Shown here: positions 38,615 through 47,800 of the stretch, piece after piece
How positions within the stretch are numbered: the stretch's first letter is position 1
Layout of the letters: every line of letters begins with the position of its first letter
From: an uncultured Clostridia bacterium
GTDB taxonomy: Bacteria > Acidobacteriota > Aminicenantia > JBFLYD01 > JBBIMS01
Reading direction: 5' to 3'
DNA: 64,000 bases
Assembly: GCA_964649495.1 (NCBI GenBank)
Contig: CAZYPR010000007.1
Span: forward strand, 7,330-71,329
The notes under the pieces: generated by a model
Told to the model about the DNA's origin: nothing
Database searches by the model: none
Seen by the model: the letters and a program-made list of their open reading frames with translations, nothing else
Position numbers and translations under genes: made by a program

Positions 38615-39511
38615 TTAAATCTTCCTTGTTCCAAACTTTGAAATCATGACAATTCCTATCCCTGCAATATCAACAAATACTCTCATAAGAAATGAGAGGA
38701 AAGGAATAAATGAAACAATAAAGAAGAGTAAAAATCCTAAAAGAACTGCAATAGTATTTGAGAATTCACTTCTCTTGAACAAATTCAATAGAATTGAGCC
38801 GAGCCAATGAAATATAACTGTCCTACCAAAAAGAAGTGAAATAAATAAAACTATTAAAACGATGAGTAAAAATGGAATTCCGATTAAAAAAAGACTCAAA
38901 AAACCAAAAAATACTAAGAAGACGAAAATTATTATAAGGGATAATAGACCTACCAGTAACTCTTTCCAGACATTTTTTGCCATTAATCGAGAGGCTTCCA
39001 AAACATTTTTGGGAAAGATAAAATTTACAATCAATACCAGTAAAAACCAGCTAAGAAGAGCAATTATCTTCAAAAGAAGCTCGTAGGGTTTTGATGGGAA
39101 AGAAATTGCTCCCTTCCATAATGATTTTAAAAAAGCAGGAAAGTTCTTACCTGGTTTAAAATAGAACATATCTCCTTCAATGCAAGTTTCCCTATCCTTT
39201 CTTAGTTTTCCACCTATTACAAGAAGGTCTCCATTTATTTTGGCTCCTTTAATGACTGAAACTTTTGAACCTATACCAACAACATCTTCATTGACTGTTC
39301 CATAAACAGTTATTGAACCACTTATTACAATTACAGACTTTTTGGCTGTTCCTTTAATTGTTACATCAGTCCCGAGGGCAATTATATCCTTTCTGTATTC
39401 CTCATCCTTTTCAATTATAATATCCCTTTTCCCTTCTCCATTTTCAGAAGGGAAGAAAAAAGGTTTTGGAATAAGCAAGAAAAGTGATAGGAAAATGCTA
39501 ACTATTTTCAT
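38615..39511 (-). CDS. Membrane protein with N-terminal beta-helical (bactofilin-like) region, third gene of ECF operon
   Basis: Repeats GTDVTIKG..VVISGSITVYG.VNEDVVGIG...INGDLLVIGG, then several TM helices. Confidence 0.75.
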   Translation of the reverse strand: MKIVSIFLSLFLLIPKPFFFPSENGEGKRDIIIEKDEEYRKDIIALGTDVTIKGTAKKSVIVISGSITVYGTVNEDVVGIGSKVSVIKGAKINGDLLVIGGKLRKDRETCIEGDMFYFKPGKNFPAFLKSLWKGAISFPSKPYELLLKIIALLSWFLLVLIVNFIFPKNVLEASRLMAKNVWKELLVGLLSLIIIFVFLVFFGFLSLFLIGIPFLLIVLIVLFISLLFGRTVIFHWLGSILLNLFKRSEFSNTIAVLLGFLLFFIVSFIPFLSFLMRVFVDIAGIGIVMISKFGTRKI

Positions 39512-40064
39512 CTCTCATACCTCTCAAAGGGAAATGATTCAATAAAATAAAAAATAATATGGTTGAAAAAATGAAAAGAAGAAAGATGGCAAAAATAGGA
39601 ACTGCAAGGCTCGAAGAGGCAGAAGAAAATTTTTGCAATATTTCGAAGGAACTTGAAATAAGTTTGTTAACTCCCATAGCAACTTTTATTAATAATTTGA
39701 AGAGTTTCAAAGAGAGAGTCACATATTGATTGGCAAGGAGTAAAAGCTCTTCCTCTCGAAAACCAGAAATTGAAACTAAGATTAGCAAAAGGGAAGAAAT
39801 AAAAATTGGAATTGAAGTAAGAGCTATTGATATCTTTTTCAAGAGACTTGTTCTCTTCTCAATCTCAAAAAGGGTCTGGGAGGAAAAGTCTGAAGGAGTG
39901 GAAAGCTTTTCAATCTTTCTAATTGAGTTGACAAATTTTTCCCTTATTTCAAAGGATTCTCTGCATTTCGGACAATCTTTAATGTGCTCCATCAAAATTC
40001 CCTTTCTTTCAGATGATCCATTCAAAAGTTCATATATATCTTCTACTTTAAGGTGCATCTTCAT
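39498..40064 (-). CDS. Zinc-finger anti-sigma factor (HxxxCxxC) with TM helices
   Basis: HIKDCPKC; overlaps the ECF sigma stop. Confidence 0.85.
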   Translation of the reverse strand: MKMHLKVEDIYELLNGSSERKGILMEHIKDCPKCRESFEIREKFVNSIRKIEKLSTPSDFSSQTLFEIEKRTSLLKKISIALTSIPIFISSLLLILVSISGFREEELLLLANQYVTLSLKLFKLLIKVAMGVNKLISSSFEILQKFSSASSSLAVPIFAIFLLFIFSTILFFILLNHFPLRGMRDENS

Positions 40065-40614
40065 CCTCCATTAATTTTCTTAAAATTTCTCTCCCCCTGA
40101 ATATTTTATTTTTAACTGTCCCAAGAGGGAGATTCTTTATCTCTGCAATTTCGTTATATGTAAGCTCATTAATATCTCTAAGAATTATAAATTCTCTTAA
40201 AGATTCAGGAAGCATATTTAGTGCTTTTTCAAGTTTGTTATAAAACATTTCTCTATCAAGATTCTTAACAGGACTCATACTCTGGTCTGGGATTTCAATT
40301 TCTTTACTTTTTTGACTCAAACTCTCTGTATTGTAGTCTTTCCTTTTCTTCTTTCTCAAATAGTCAATTGTCAGATTGGAAGCAATCTTATAAATCCATG
40401 TACTAAAGGAATAGCGAGGATTATATGTGCTCAGAGAAAAATATGCTTTAATGAAAACCTCCTGAGTAAGATCCATTGCCTCCTCCTTGTCAAGAATCAT
40501 CCTGTATATATAGTTAATAATTCCATTCTGATATCTGATAATGAGAGCCTCGAAGGCACTCTTTTCTCCCTTGAGGGCAATCTCAACCAGCTCTCTATCA
40601 GATTTTTCAAACAT
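40048..40614 (-). CDS. ECF sigma factor (SigW/RpoE-like)
   Basis: AFEALIIRYQ, AMDLTQEVFIKAY, FSTWIYKIASN, LTYNEIAEI..LPLGTVKNKIFRGR. Confidence 0.93.
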   Translation of the reverse strand: MFEKSDRELVEIALKGEKSAFEALIIRYQNGIINYIYRMILDKEEAMDLTQEVFIKAYFSLSTYNPRYSFSTWIYKIASNLTIDYLRKKKRKDYNTESLSQKSKEIEIPDQSMSPVKNLDREMFYNKLEKALNMLPESLREFIILRDINELTYNEIAEIKNLPLGTVKNKIFRGREILRKLMEDEDAP

Positions 40615-40645
40615 ATCTTTATCATCATTTACCCTTTCAACTCAT

Positions 40646-40673
40646 TATACGAGATGAAAGGGAAATAGTTTTA
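40646..40673 (-). promoter_or_regulatory. Putative autoregulatory ECF promoter
   Basis: Minus strand TAAAAC-16 nt-CGTA(TA), matching the SigW-type TGAAAC-N16-CGTA layout; overlaps the lolA stop. Confidence 0.55.
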
Positions 40674-41213
40674 TATACCCTCAATAGTGAAAATTTTTAC
40701 GGGAATTTTTATGTTTTTCAAAAACTTTTTTAAAATTATCTTATTCTCAGAGTAATCAAATTTAATTGTTATCTCCTTTATTCGATTTTTTGAGTATTTA
40801 ATTTCTACGGAGTTAAAATCTCTCCTTTCTTTTGGAAAAAGAACTATGCACTGGCCTGGCGAACATTCCTTCTCCTTAAAGTTAAAAAAATCAGAGAGCC
40901 TTCCTTCTGTTAGAATCGAGAATATGTCCATCATTTCATCTGGTATTCTCTCTCTTTGAATCAATTCCTCATCAGGTATGTATGTGAGGATTTCCAAACC
41001 GTTTAAAATAAATATTTTCCTTTCAGGCTCAATGTATTCCCATCGGAAAAGGGATGGTTTTTTAAAGTAAACAATCCCCTTCTCCCTTATCTCTTCCTTG
41101 TTTCCCTTATATAAATAAATCTGCTCAAACTCAGCTTTAAAGGACTGAATTGAAGCGAAATCTTTTTCTATCAATTGAAATTGAAAAAGAAGTGTTAGAA
41201 ATAATATTATCAT
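40671..41213 (-). CDS. lolA: Outer-membrane lipoprotein carrier LolA
   Basis: SFKAEFEQ, G.VYFKKP.LFRWEY..PE...FILNG..ILTY.P. Confidence 0.85.
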   Translation of the reverse strand: MIILFLTLLFQFQLIEKDFASIQSFKAEFEQIYLYKGNKEEIREKGIVYFKKPSLFRWEYIEPERKIFILNGLEILTYIPDEELIQRERIPDEMMDIFSILTEGRLSDFFNFKEKECSPGQCIVLFPKERRDFNSVEIKYSKNRIKEITIKFDYSENKIILKKFLKNIKIPVKIFTIEGI

Positions 41214-41292
41214 TAGTTAATCTCGTGAACCATGAAATTATAATTATAATACTTTCAAACAGGAATTAAAAAATTGGTTCTTGTATGGGTAA

Positions 41293-42213
41293 TCAGAAGG
41301 AAAATACTATCCCCGCTCTAATATAAGTGGAATTAAGATTAAAACGAAAGGGTTTAACCCCTTCTAATAAAGAAGGTTTTTCACTGGAGAAAATTGCTCT
41401 TTCGAACTTATTCCCATCCACTTTAATGGAGCCAAACCACAAAGTCTGATTCTTCTCGATAGCAGAATTTTCACTCTTATAACCACTCCATTCAACAATC
41501 TCATTCCATTTCAGCTCTCCTTTAACATCATTCAATACTACACTTCTGAAAATAGCATCGATAGATAAGGATAGATGAGAGATAATCTTAACTTCCAGCC
41601 CAATCCCTCCATGAAAGCCTATTCCTCCTGTTCGGGTAGTTAAATTGGATTTGTAATGATGCCTGTAATTTTCCTTACCGGGAAAATTTTGCCAGAAATA
41701 TTTACTTTCATTGTTAAATTTCAGGTTGGAAAAATAATACCCTCCTCCTGCAAAAATACTCCCTCTAAAAAATTTATAAGGAACAGAAAATATTAATGAA
41801 AGAGTTACAGGGAAAGCATTGAGCTCTTCTTTTGAAGAAAGTTCAATTTTTTCAGATCCGAGATTCCCTCCATAGTTATAATTTATCTCCGCTGAAGAAT
41901 TCCAGCTTCTTTTCATGTATCCGAGACCGAGGCTTATCCCTACATAGTTCAAGGGTTTGAAAATAATCTCAAAATTACCTTCAGGCTCATCCTGTTTAAA
42001 AGGATAACTACTTTTTGTTGTATAATTTTGCTGGGTTCCAAGCCAGTCAAAATAAGCTTTTTCCTCCTGAAACCATTTTTTTAAATCTCCTCCATCATAA
42101 AGTTTGCTCATCCCTCCTGAAAGTTTAATGGAAAAAAAACCATCATCTGGAAATAAAATCCCTTCACTTGAAATAATCGTTAAAAGAGTCAATGCTAAAA
42201 TTACTTTTTTCAT
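41293..42213 (-). CDS. Outer-membrane beta-barrel protein
   Basis: Signal peptide, GISLGLGY, FAGGGYY, GFHGGIGLE, C-terminal YIRAGIVFSF. Confidence 0.8.
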   Translation of the reverse strand: MKKVILALTLLTIISSEGILFPDDGFFSIKLSGGMSKLYDGGDLKKWFQEEKAYFDWLGTQQNYTTKSSYPFKQDEPEGNFEIIFKPLNYVGISLGLGYMKRSWNSSAEINYNYGGNLGSEKIELSSKEELNAFPVTLSLIFSVPYKFFRGSIFAGGGYYFSNLKFNNESKYFWQNFPGKENYRHHYKSNLTTRTGGIGFHGGIGLEVKIISHLSLSIDAIFRSVVLNDVKGELKWNEIVEWSGYKSENSAIEKNQTLWFGSIKVDGNKFERAIFSSEKPSLLEGVKPFRFNLNSTYIRAGIVFSF

Positions 42214-42229
42214 TGATCCTCCAAAGAGA

Positions 42230-43666
42230 TTAAAATATTATAGAAATGGTTATTTTATTTGTCTGGAAAGGATCGGTCTCATTAGAGTCTATCTCTGCAT
42301 AATTCTGAATCTTAGTTCCTATGGGAGTTCCAACTTTCACCCTTGCTGTAAAACTAACTGAACCACCCTGTTCAGAACCTACATCACCGATGTTCCAGAT
42401 TATTGTATTTCCAGAAACATTCCCTCCGCTACTCGGCTTAACATTTTCAAAAAATGAACTCAGAACATCCCTTATAACAACACCAGTGGCAGATGCTCCT
42501 GTATTTTTGTAATTAATTATAAATGTGAGTGTCTGTCCTCCAACAGCAGTAAATTTGTCAGCACTTAAATAGTTAAATTTTGGGTCAGTAAAATTCGGTG
42601 AAATCAGTGGAGTTTTTTTGACATGCCAGTTTTTGGGATAGGAGCCAAAAATAGATTTATAAACCTCTGCTCCCGCATCAACCACCCAGTAAGATTTTGT
42701 GTGGTCGAGGGTCGTCAGGTCAACTCCCCATCTTCTTGAAAAAGCTTCCTGATAAAGTCCTACTATTTCATCTTCATTGTGCTGGGTTATTACAGCCCAA
42801 ACCTTTGTGGGATCTCCATCTCCATCGGAACTTAAAATTTTTGGTCGTGGGATTCCTTCGAGATATCTGAGAACAGTCATCCCCCCCTCTTCACGGTAGA
42901 GGGCAGACCTACCCCAGATAAAATGGGCATCAAAGATGTCACAGTATATGTGGAAGAGCCCAGGAGCCTCTGTAGATAGGACAATTGTTTTTCCTGGGAA
43001 TTCTTGTCGAATAAGGTCATACTCCCATGCAAGAAATTTCCTATACACCTCCATATTTCCTGTATTATCGGGATAACCTTCGTTTAACATTTCTATGAGT
43101 AAATTGTCATAGGCTCTAAGTTTTTCTGCCAGCCATTTTATATAGATTTCAAAGTATTTTCTGTCAACATTCCATGGAAGACCCGCATAACTTCCATTGA
43201 AACCCTGAATGTTGTTGTTGGGATTGAAGGGATGATAATACCAGGTGTTGTCAAATCTGAAAGCAACTGTATCAAATATGCATAAATCAACAGTTATCTC
43301 ATAATATTTTGCCGCATCCATAAACCATTTTAGTCTTTCTTCATATTCTGAAGAGAACTGGGTTAAATCGAATATTTTTCTATTGTTCCCAGCATCAGAA
43401 ACAACTTTCCATGGAACATATGTGTTTGGAAATCCGCCAAAAGGAGAGCCTCCATAATCAAAGGGTCCATAAAAATAACTGTAAACCCTTGTAAAGTTGG
43501 CACCCCTGTAAGCATTCTCTCTGAAGAAATTATCTATTTTCTCCTTGGTGTAATTCTTGTTAATTAGAAGATCATACCTTGAGACACCAAAATAAACCTG
43601 ATCAATGTTCGTGATTAAAATGGGAAATAAAATCGAAGGAATTAACAAAAGAAGCAATCCCTTCAT
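42230..43666 (-). CDS. Secreted TIM-barrel glycoside-hydrolase-like protein with C-terminal DUF11 domain
   Basis: ATG 43666 after GGAGG with signal peptide; GANFTRVY...FDLTQF...RLKWF...WYYHPFNPNNN...EMLNE (clan GH-A-like acid/base); C-terminal GQTLTFIINYKNTG..ATGVVIRDVL (DUF11). Confidence 0.7.
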   Translation of the reverse strand: MKGLLLLLIPSILFPILITNIDQVYFGVSRYDLLINKNYTKEKIDNFFRENAYRGANFTRVYSYFYGPFDYGGSPFGGFPNTYVPWKVVSDAGNNRKIFDLTQFSSEYEERLKWFMDAAKYYEITVDLCIFDTVAFRFDNTWYYHPFNPNNNIQGFNGSYAGLPWNVDRKYFEIYIKWLAEKLRAYDNLLIEMLNEGYPDNTGNMEVYRKFLAWEYDLIRQEFPGKTIVLSTEAPGLFHIYCDIFDAHFIWGRSALYREEGGMTVLRYLEGIPRPKILSSDGDGDPTKVWAVITQHNEDEIVGLYQEAFSRRWGVDLTTLDHTKSYWVVDAGAEVYKSIFGSYPKNWHVKKTPLISPNFTDPKFNYLSADKFTAVGGQTLTFIINYKNTGASATGVVIRDVLSSFFENVKPSSGGNVSGNTIIWNIGDVGSEQGGSVSFTARVKVGTPIGTKIQNYAEIDSNETDPFQTNKITISIIF

Positions 43667-43859
43667 TTCTCCTCCTTCATTGATTTTATCTTGCAAATTT
43701 CTTTCGAACAAATGACCATCATCACACTTTAATTATAAATCAATGAGAAAAGATTACAAATAAAATGCAAGCATGCAATCATAGCTAAAACTATTGCTTT
43801 TCACTTTTTATCGAAAATAATGTTTGAAAAATTCATTCCAATGATTTAATATTTCTTTT

Positions 43860-45035
43860 ATGGAAAAGGTCGAACTTTCCCTCTCCCCTTCAATCACATC
43901 TTCTTTGAGCTGGGTTGAGATTGACTCAGAGGCATTGAGGAATAATGTCAAACAATTCAGAAATTTAGTTGGTAATAAGAAAATCCTTTGTGGTGTCGTA
44001 AAATCAAATGCCTACGGACACGGAATTCTTGAAATATCCAATCTAATATTATCCTTTGGGGTCGATTGGCTTGGAGTAAATTCTGTGGAAGAAGGGATCC
44101 TTTTAAGGAAAAGTGGAATTAAAGCTCCTGTTATAGTTCTTGGCTATGTTCCTTTAGGTCAATTAAAAGAATTAATCGATTTTGGATTAAGAATGGTTGT
44201 ATATAATTTTGAAACTATCAAAGAACTTGGGGAGATTTCAAAAAGGAAAGAAAAAGAGGTCTTTTTGCACATAAAACTTGAGACCGGAACCCACAGACAG
44301 GGAATATATCCTGAGAGAATTCTTGATTTTATAAATGAGATAAAAAAATTCCCATTTTTAAGATTAGAGGGACTTTCAACCCATTTTGCAAATATTGAGG
44401 ATACAACAGACCATTCCTATGCAGAGGCTCAACTTAAGATTTTCAAGAAAACAATTGAGATGCTTGAAAAAAATGGAATAAATATTCCAATAAAGCACAC
44501 AGCGTGCACAGCAGCAACAATCCTATTCCCTGAAACCTACTTTGATATGGTGAGGGTAGGTATAGGACTTTATGGTCTTTGGCCATCAAGAGAGACTTTC
44601 CTTTCTTCAATGACAAATGGGAAAACTCCTGTTGAGTTAAAACCAGTTCTTACATGGAAGACAAGGGTTGCTCAGATTAAGGATGTTAAAAAAGGTTCAT
44701 TTATTGGATATGGATGCACTTACAAGACAGGAAGAGATAGCAGAATAGCTGTCCTACCGGTTGGATACAACGAAGGTTATGACAGAAGACTCTCCAATAT
44801 TTCCCATGTTCTTATAAAAGGTCACAGAGCTCCTGTAAGGGGGAGGGTCGCTATGAATATGACAATGGTTGATATAACAGATATAGAAGATGTAAAACTT
44901 GAGGATGAGGTTGTATTAATCGGCTCCCAGGGAAAAGAAAGAATTTCTGCAGAATATCTTGCCTCTCTGTGCGGAACAATAAATTATGAAATAGTAACAA
45001 GAATAAATCCTTTGATACCGAGGGTTGTTGTTTAG
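43860..45035 (+). CDS. alr: Alanine racemase
   Basis: VVKSNAYGHG, HIKLETG..RQG, STHFA, VRVGIGLYG, GYGCTY, VGYNEGY, GRVAMNM, GTINYEI. Confidence 0.95.
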   Translation: MEKVELSLSPSITSSLSWVEIDSEALRNNVKQFRNLVGNKKILCGVVKSNAYGHGILEISNLILSFGVDWLGVNSVEEGILLRKSGIKAPVIVLGYVPLGQLKELIDFGLRMVVYNFETIKELGEISKRKEKEVFLHIKLETGTHRQGIYPERILDFINEIKKFPFLRLEGLSTHFANIEDTTDHSYAEAQLKIFKKTIEMLEKNGINIPIKHTACTAATILFPETYFDMVRVGIGLYGLWPSRETFLSSMTNGKTPVELKPVLTWKTRVAQIKDVKKGSFIGYGCTYKTGRDSRIAVLPVGYNEGYDRRLSNISHVLIKGHRAPVRGRVAMNMTMVDITDIEDVKLEDEVVLIGSQGKERISAEYLASLCGTINYEIVTRINPLIPRVVV

Positions 45036-45039
45036 CTTT

Positions 45040-46185
45040 CTAAATTTCTCCTAAAAGTTTTAGATAAAGTTCCTCTTGAGATTTCACCATAAATTTTGCA
45101 TCAAATTCACCAAGCTTTTTCCTTCCCACCTCCACAAATTTTTCTTTTAAATCTATTCTATCAACCAATTTGAGAATTTTTTCAGAAGCTGATTTTAGAT
45201 CATGGGGTTTGAAGGTGAAACCATTTATTCCTTCTTCTACGAATTCTTTGTTACCATCAACATCAGTTACAACCATTGGAACTCCTGAGGCATATGCTTG
45301 AGGAATTACCTGAGGAAGACCTTCCCAAAGAGATGTTAAAACAAAAACATCAGCAATCCTGAATATCTCTTCCACATCCTTCCTCCATCCCAAAAGGGAA
45401 AAATCTTCCTTTAATCCCAATTTTTCAATCTCCTCCTCTACTTTCCCCCTCAACTCTCCATCTCCAATCATTATAAAATGCAAATCATTCCTTGAGTCCC
45501 TTAAAATTCTTGCAATTTTTACAAAATCAAGGGGGGCTTTCTGAGGCTTGAAACAGGCAACCATTCCAATTATTTTTTTATTAAGGGGAATTCCAAGTTC
45601 TCTCTTTTTCTTTTCAATTTCTACATTTGAGTTTAGAAATTTCTCTATCTCCACTCCACTCCTTATGATTGTTCCTTTACCCTCCTTTATAATTCCCAAT
45701 CTAATTCCGTCTTTGAGATTGTTTTCTGAAACAAATATGAAATGGGTTGTGACAGAAGAAGTGATTCTTTCAAGAAATATAAAAAGTAACCTTAATGGTA
45801 AAGGGTGAAAGGGACTGAAGCCAAAACCGTGAACTGTGTGAATTCTTATCTTTACTCCCGCAAAAAATCCCGCCCACCTTCCAAGTATACCTGCTTTTGA
45901 ACTGTGGGTATGAATTATCTGTGGCCTTATTTTTCTCAAGATAATTGTTAATTTTATAAGGGCGATTAAATCAAAAAATGGATTTATATCTCTTTTCATC
46001 TCCCTTACAAAAATTGCCCTCTCCCCAAGTTTTTCAGAAGCAGAAAAATCAAGAATTCCCTCTTCTCCTGATATTAAATATGTCTCAAATTTTGAAGGAT
46101 CGAGATGGCTAACTGTAAAAAGGGTGTTTTTCTGAGCTCCTCCAAGCTCCAGTTTTGTTATTATGTGGCAAACTTTAATTTTCAT
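45040..46185 (-). CDS. GT4 glycosyltransferase
   Basis: GGAQKN, HTHSSKAG, HTVHG, SLWEGLPQVIPQAYASG.P.V.TDVDG. Confidence 0.9.
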   Translation of the reverse strand: MKIKVCHIITKLELGGAQKNTLFTVSHLDPSKFETYLISGEEGILDFSASEKLGERAIFVREMKRDINPFFDLIALIKLTIILRKIRPQIIHTHSSKAGILGRWAGFFAGVKIRIHTVHGFGFSPFHPLPLRLLFIFLERITSSVTTHFIFVSENNLKDGIRLGIIKEGKGTIIRSGVEIEKFLNSNVEIEKKKRELGIPLNKKIIGMVACFKPQKAPLDFVKIARILRDSRNDLHFIMIGDGELRGKVEEEIEKLGLKEDFSLLGWRKDVEEIFRIADVFVLTSLWEGLPQVIPQAYASGVPMVVTDVDGNKEFVEEGINGFTFKPHDLKSASEKILKLVDRIDLKEKFVEVGRKKLGEFDAKFMVKSQEELYLKLLGEI

Positions 46186-46202
46186 AAATCGAGCTTTTCA
46201 AT

Positions 46203-46277
46203 TCATGGCTGTTTAGGTATAAACTGGAATTCACACAGTGCTTCTACAACTGGTGGATTTTTGTATTTTCTTCCCAT
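46203..46277 (-). pseudogene. N-terminal remnant of a TIGR04255-family protein
   Basis: GGAGG SD then MGRKYKNPPVVEALCEFQFIPKQP* (TGA where TGG/Trp would be expected). Confidence 0.65.
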
Positions 46278-46507
46278 TATTTACCTCCAATTTTAAATTT
46301 TATCACCATATTCGTATCATTCCCAAAAAATCCACAGGTTTAGGAATAAGTAGCGAGTAGCGGTTACGAGTATATAGGGAATAAGTCATTTCTTGCCTCC
46401 TGTTGATTTTATCAAACACATCATCAGCTTCACCATTATCTAAATTTTCCCTCATTTATATCCAATTTCCAATAACATTTAAACTCCTTTCCGCTCTAAG
46501 TATTATA

Positions 46508-47797
46508 TCAGGAATATTTTTCTCCCCATCTATTTTCAATTCTCTCAGCAATTTCTTTTCCCAGGAGGAAAGCCTTCTCCATGGAGAGATAATCCCAGCT
46601 TCCATACCTTCCTGTTGAGATAATATTATTTTTTTCAAAGAAAGATAAAATATAGTTCAAATTTCTTTTTCTGTATTTGTCAAAAATTACATAGGCATAT
46701 GGAATTTTTATTGTTTCAAAATATTCTATATCCTCTTTTTTCTCAATGAGGTTCAACTTCCTTAGGAGAGCATATAATTCAAGATGAATCGAATTTTCTT
46801 GAATTTTTGAATCGGGTAGAACTGATATTTCAGAAAATATTGGAATTATGGAATCTTTCCTTTTGGGATAAAAACCGATTCTGTAAAAGGGTGTCCACTT
46901 TTCAGGAATGTATATCCAGTCAATATTTTCAAAATTTCTTCCCTGCAAAATCGCATTTGCTACAACAACTGATATGAATCTTAATCGTGAAGATTTTTTT
47001 ACTATTGAAGAGGGGAGCCCTTTGGTTATCCTTACAAGTTCAATTAATGGAATGGTTGATACGAGGATGTCAAATTCATAATCCTTCCCATCCTTAAAAA
47101 TCAAAACTTTTTTATTTATATCAATACTTTTTATTTCATTATTGAAAACAACTTTATCCTTAAAACTTTCCATGATTTTTAAAGGGAATTCACCGATTCC
47201 TCCCTCCGGATAATAAATAACTGGATTATAGCCAAGACCTTTAATAATCTCACCAAGAGAAGACCTGAGAACATCCTCCCACGAAGGAACTGGAATACCC
47301 CACTCACACCATTCATAGCTCAATGACTCCAGAGGATAAATCCAGAACTTTGAATTGTAGGGGAAAAGGAAAGAATTACAGATCCCCTCTCCGAAATTTG
47401 CTTCCAGCCATTCTTTGAAGTTGGAAGGTTTTCTTTTCTTTCTAAATGTGCTTTCTATAAAATCTCTCACACATTTGAATTTTTCATGTTGGGGAAGAAG
47501 GGAAAGATTTGCCTGAAAGGGATATGGTATAAGTTTACCATCTTTTAATATGAAAGCCTTCCTCTCCCATTTTCTTAGACTTTCTCCGAAAAAGCTTCTA
47601 AGAATCCCAAGAAAATACTGATCTTTACCATGAATGAAATGTCCACCAAAATCAAGATTGAAATCCCCAACTTTTTTTGACCTTGCCAAACCACCCGCTC
47701 CCCCTTCCTTCTCAAATATCTCAAATTCTATTCCTCTCAAATGATAACCAACGCTTAGACCAGTGATTCCCGCTCCTACTATTAATATTTTTTTCAT
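46508..47797 (-). CDS. FAD-dependent oxidoreductase, eukaryote-type UDP-galactopyranose-mutase-like
   Basis: GAGITG, EKEGGAGGLARS...DFGGH, YPFQANL, FLFPYN.KFW, GRYGSWDY.SME; within a glycan locus. Confidence 0.7.
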   Translation of the reverse strand: MKKILIVGAGITGLSVGYHLRGIEFEIFEKEGGAGGLARSKKVGDFNLDFGGHFIHGKDQYFLGILRSFFGESLRKWERKAFILKDGKLIPYPFQANLSLLPQHEKFKCVRDFIESTFRKKRKPSNFKEWLEANFGEGICNSFLFPYNSKFWIYPLESLSYEWCEWGIPVPSWEDVLRSSLGEIIKGLGYNPVIYYPEGGIGEFPLKIMESFKDKVVFNNEIKSIDINKKVLIFKDGKDYEFDILVSTIPLIELVRITKGLPSSIVKKSSRLRFISVVVANAILQGRNFENIDWIYIPEKWTPFYRIGFYPKRKDSIIPIFSEISVLPDSKIQENSIHLELYALLRKLNLIEKKEDIEYFETIKIPYAYVIFDKYRKRNLNYILSFFEKNNIISTGRYGSWDYLSMEKAFLLGKEIAERIENRWGEKYS

Positions 47798-47800
47798 GAC

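Noticed and set aside
46403-46638. Track ORFs 46403..46618 and 46456..46638
   Set aside because: Overlap the oxidoreductase 3' end; no recognisable motifs.
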